Assembly (NCBI GenBank): GCA_903918235.1
Contig: CAIXDN010000041.1
Span: forward strand, 22-64,021
Direction: 5' to 3'
DNA from: Candidatus Uhrbacteria bacterium
GTDB taxonomy: Bacteria; Patescibacteriota; Patescibacteriia; 2-12-FULL-60-25
Length of the DNA: 64,000 nt
In this document: in pieces, positions 63,216-64,000 of the stretch
Layout: the number at the start of each line of letters is the position of its first letter
Numbering within the stretch: the stretch's first letter is position 1
Position numbers and translations under genes: made by a program
The notes under the pieces: generated by a model
Databases searched by the model: none
What the model was told of the DNA's origin: nothing
What the model saw: only the letters and a program-made list of their open reading frames with translations

Positions 63216-64000
63216 TCAAGAGATCGCGAACAGCTTTTTTACTTTGTCTTTGCTCTCAAATGGACCAATGACGGCGGCAGCCATTTTATCCGTGTTAAAT
63301 ATTTGCTTTGCGACGCGACGAATATCCGCCGAGGTAACCTTTTCCAAACGTCGCAAACGGTCTTCTGGTGTTTCTACGTTCTTTTGGAAGATCCATTGTT
63401 TGCCAAACCAATCGGCTTGAGTGGCGGAATCTTCAAAGGCAAGCGTTAATTTTCCACGAACGTGGTCTTTTGCGCGACGAAGTTCTTCTGGTTTTACTAA
63501 TTCCTTTGTTGTTTTCTTGAGCTCGCTCCAAATGACTTTTACCGCTTCATCGACACGCGTCTTATCAAGACCACTCATCACACCAAAAATACCCGTGTCT
63601 TCCAAAGGTTGATGCGATGCGTTTACGGAATAACAGAGACCACGACGTTCACGAACCTGAATAAACAAGCGTGAAGACATGGTTCCACCGAGGATCGTTG
63701 CCAAGAGCGATGCGGCGGCAAGGTCTTTGTGGCCGAGCGGGAGGCCGTAGAATGACATAGCGAGCTGTACTTGCTCCGTGTTCTTTTGTTGGAATGCGAC
63801 GGATTCTTTTATCTTCTCTGGCTGTTTGAATGGCTCAAAGTTATGATCAATACGCGTCTTTGGCGCTTTGACCGAACCAAATGTTTTCTCAAGAATCTTC
63901 CAGATGTTTGGTGAAATTTTTCCGGCAACACACACAGCCATTCGGTCTGGAATATAATACGCGTCACGATAGTCGATCAGTTTTTGACGTGGCACGGATT
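63216..64000 (-). CDS. M16 (pitrilysin/insulinase) family peptidase, C-terminal domain; gene continues past the right edge
   Basis: Peptidase_M16_C-like pattern (ILGGTMSSRLFIQVRERRGLCYSV...EELRRAKDHVRGKLTLAFED). The frame is open through position 64000. Confidence 0.7.
   Translation of the reverse strand, partial: SVPRQKLIDYRDAYYIPDRMAVCVAGKISPNIWKILEKTFGSVKAPKTRIDHNFEPFKQPEKIKESVAFQQKNTEQVQLAMSFYGLPLGHKDLAAASLLATILGGTMSSRLFIQVRERRGLCYSVNASHQPLEDTGIFGVMSGLDKTRVDEAVKVIWSELKKTTKELVKPEELRRAKDHVRGKLTLAFEDSATQADWFGKQWIFQKNVETPEDRLRRLEKVTSADIRRVAKQIFNTDKMAAAVIGPFESKDKVKKLFAIS

Noticed and set aside
1-64000. Alternative genetic code (UGA recoding, as in some CPR lineages)
   Set aside because: Long ORFs are intact under the standard code. 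Several genes end cleanly at TGA with terminators or coupled starts behind them (for example TGATG at 1860-1864).
1-64000. Diversity-generating retroelement, retron, prophage or IS element
   Set aside because: No reverse transcriptase, integrase, transposase, terminal inverted repeats or TR/VR-type near-repeats were seen. The only long-range DNA similarity is between the 3' ends of the two paralogs at 31255-31325 and 32765-32830.

Overview
Gene-dense 64-kb window with about 70 CDS and 4 tRNAs, mostly on the minus strand, using the standard genetic code. There are no rRNA genes, CRISPR arrays, transposases, integrases or reverse transcriptases. All calls come from reading the ORF translations and the DNA by eye (motif recognition, no database search), so family names are recognitions and start codons are hand-refined. 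The content suggests a small-genome Patescibacteria/CPR-like bacterium. This is an inference from shortened HrcA and TsaB, many membrane-anchored orphans, and cohesin-like, FecR-domain and C39-like proteins. Housekeeping genes: hrcA-grpE-dnaK with a CIRCE-like operator, queA, mreB, rplJ-rplL with a leader and attenuator, xseA-xseB, pcrA, mltG, nth, gpmI, tpiA, rpmG, and tRNA-Pro/Thr/Tyr/Thr. Envelope genes: an AbrB-HlyD-ABC-2xMacB-permease operon, five to six glycosyltransferases, CapA, PAP2 and a cyclophilin. Accessory patches lie between these. (1) A 3.9-kb island sits between tRNA-Tyr and tRNA-Thr/rpmG. It carries a PI3/4-kinase-like protein and two orphans, divergent from a Dda/RecD-like helicase, and is the most system-like candidate. 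(2) Three high-GC patches: a translationally coupled two-gene cassette at 1551-2062, an 828-aa Cys-rich lipoprotein with Myxococcota-type C-D-G-x-D-N-D-C-D-G repeats, and an FHA-like membrane protein behind a 14-bp perfect palindrome. (3) Two promoter-to-terminator units without convincing ORFs are candidate structured RNAs. (4) An SF2 helicase carries six tandem 58-aa repeats. (5) A MetK homolog has lost its catalytic motifs. (6) A RelE/Phd module is nested between tandem paralogs. Nothing here matches a named defence or mobile system that I recognise.
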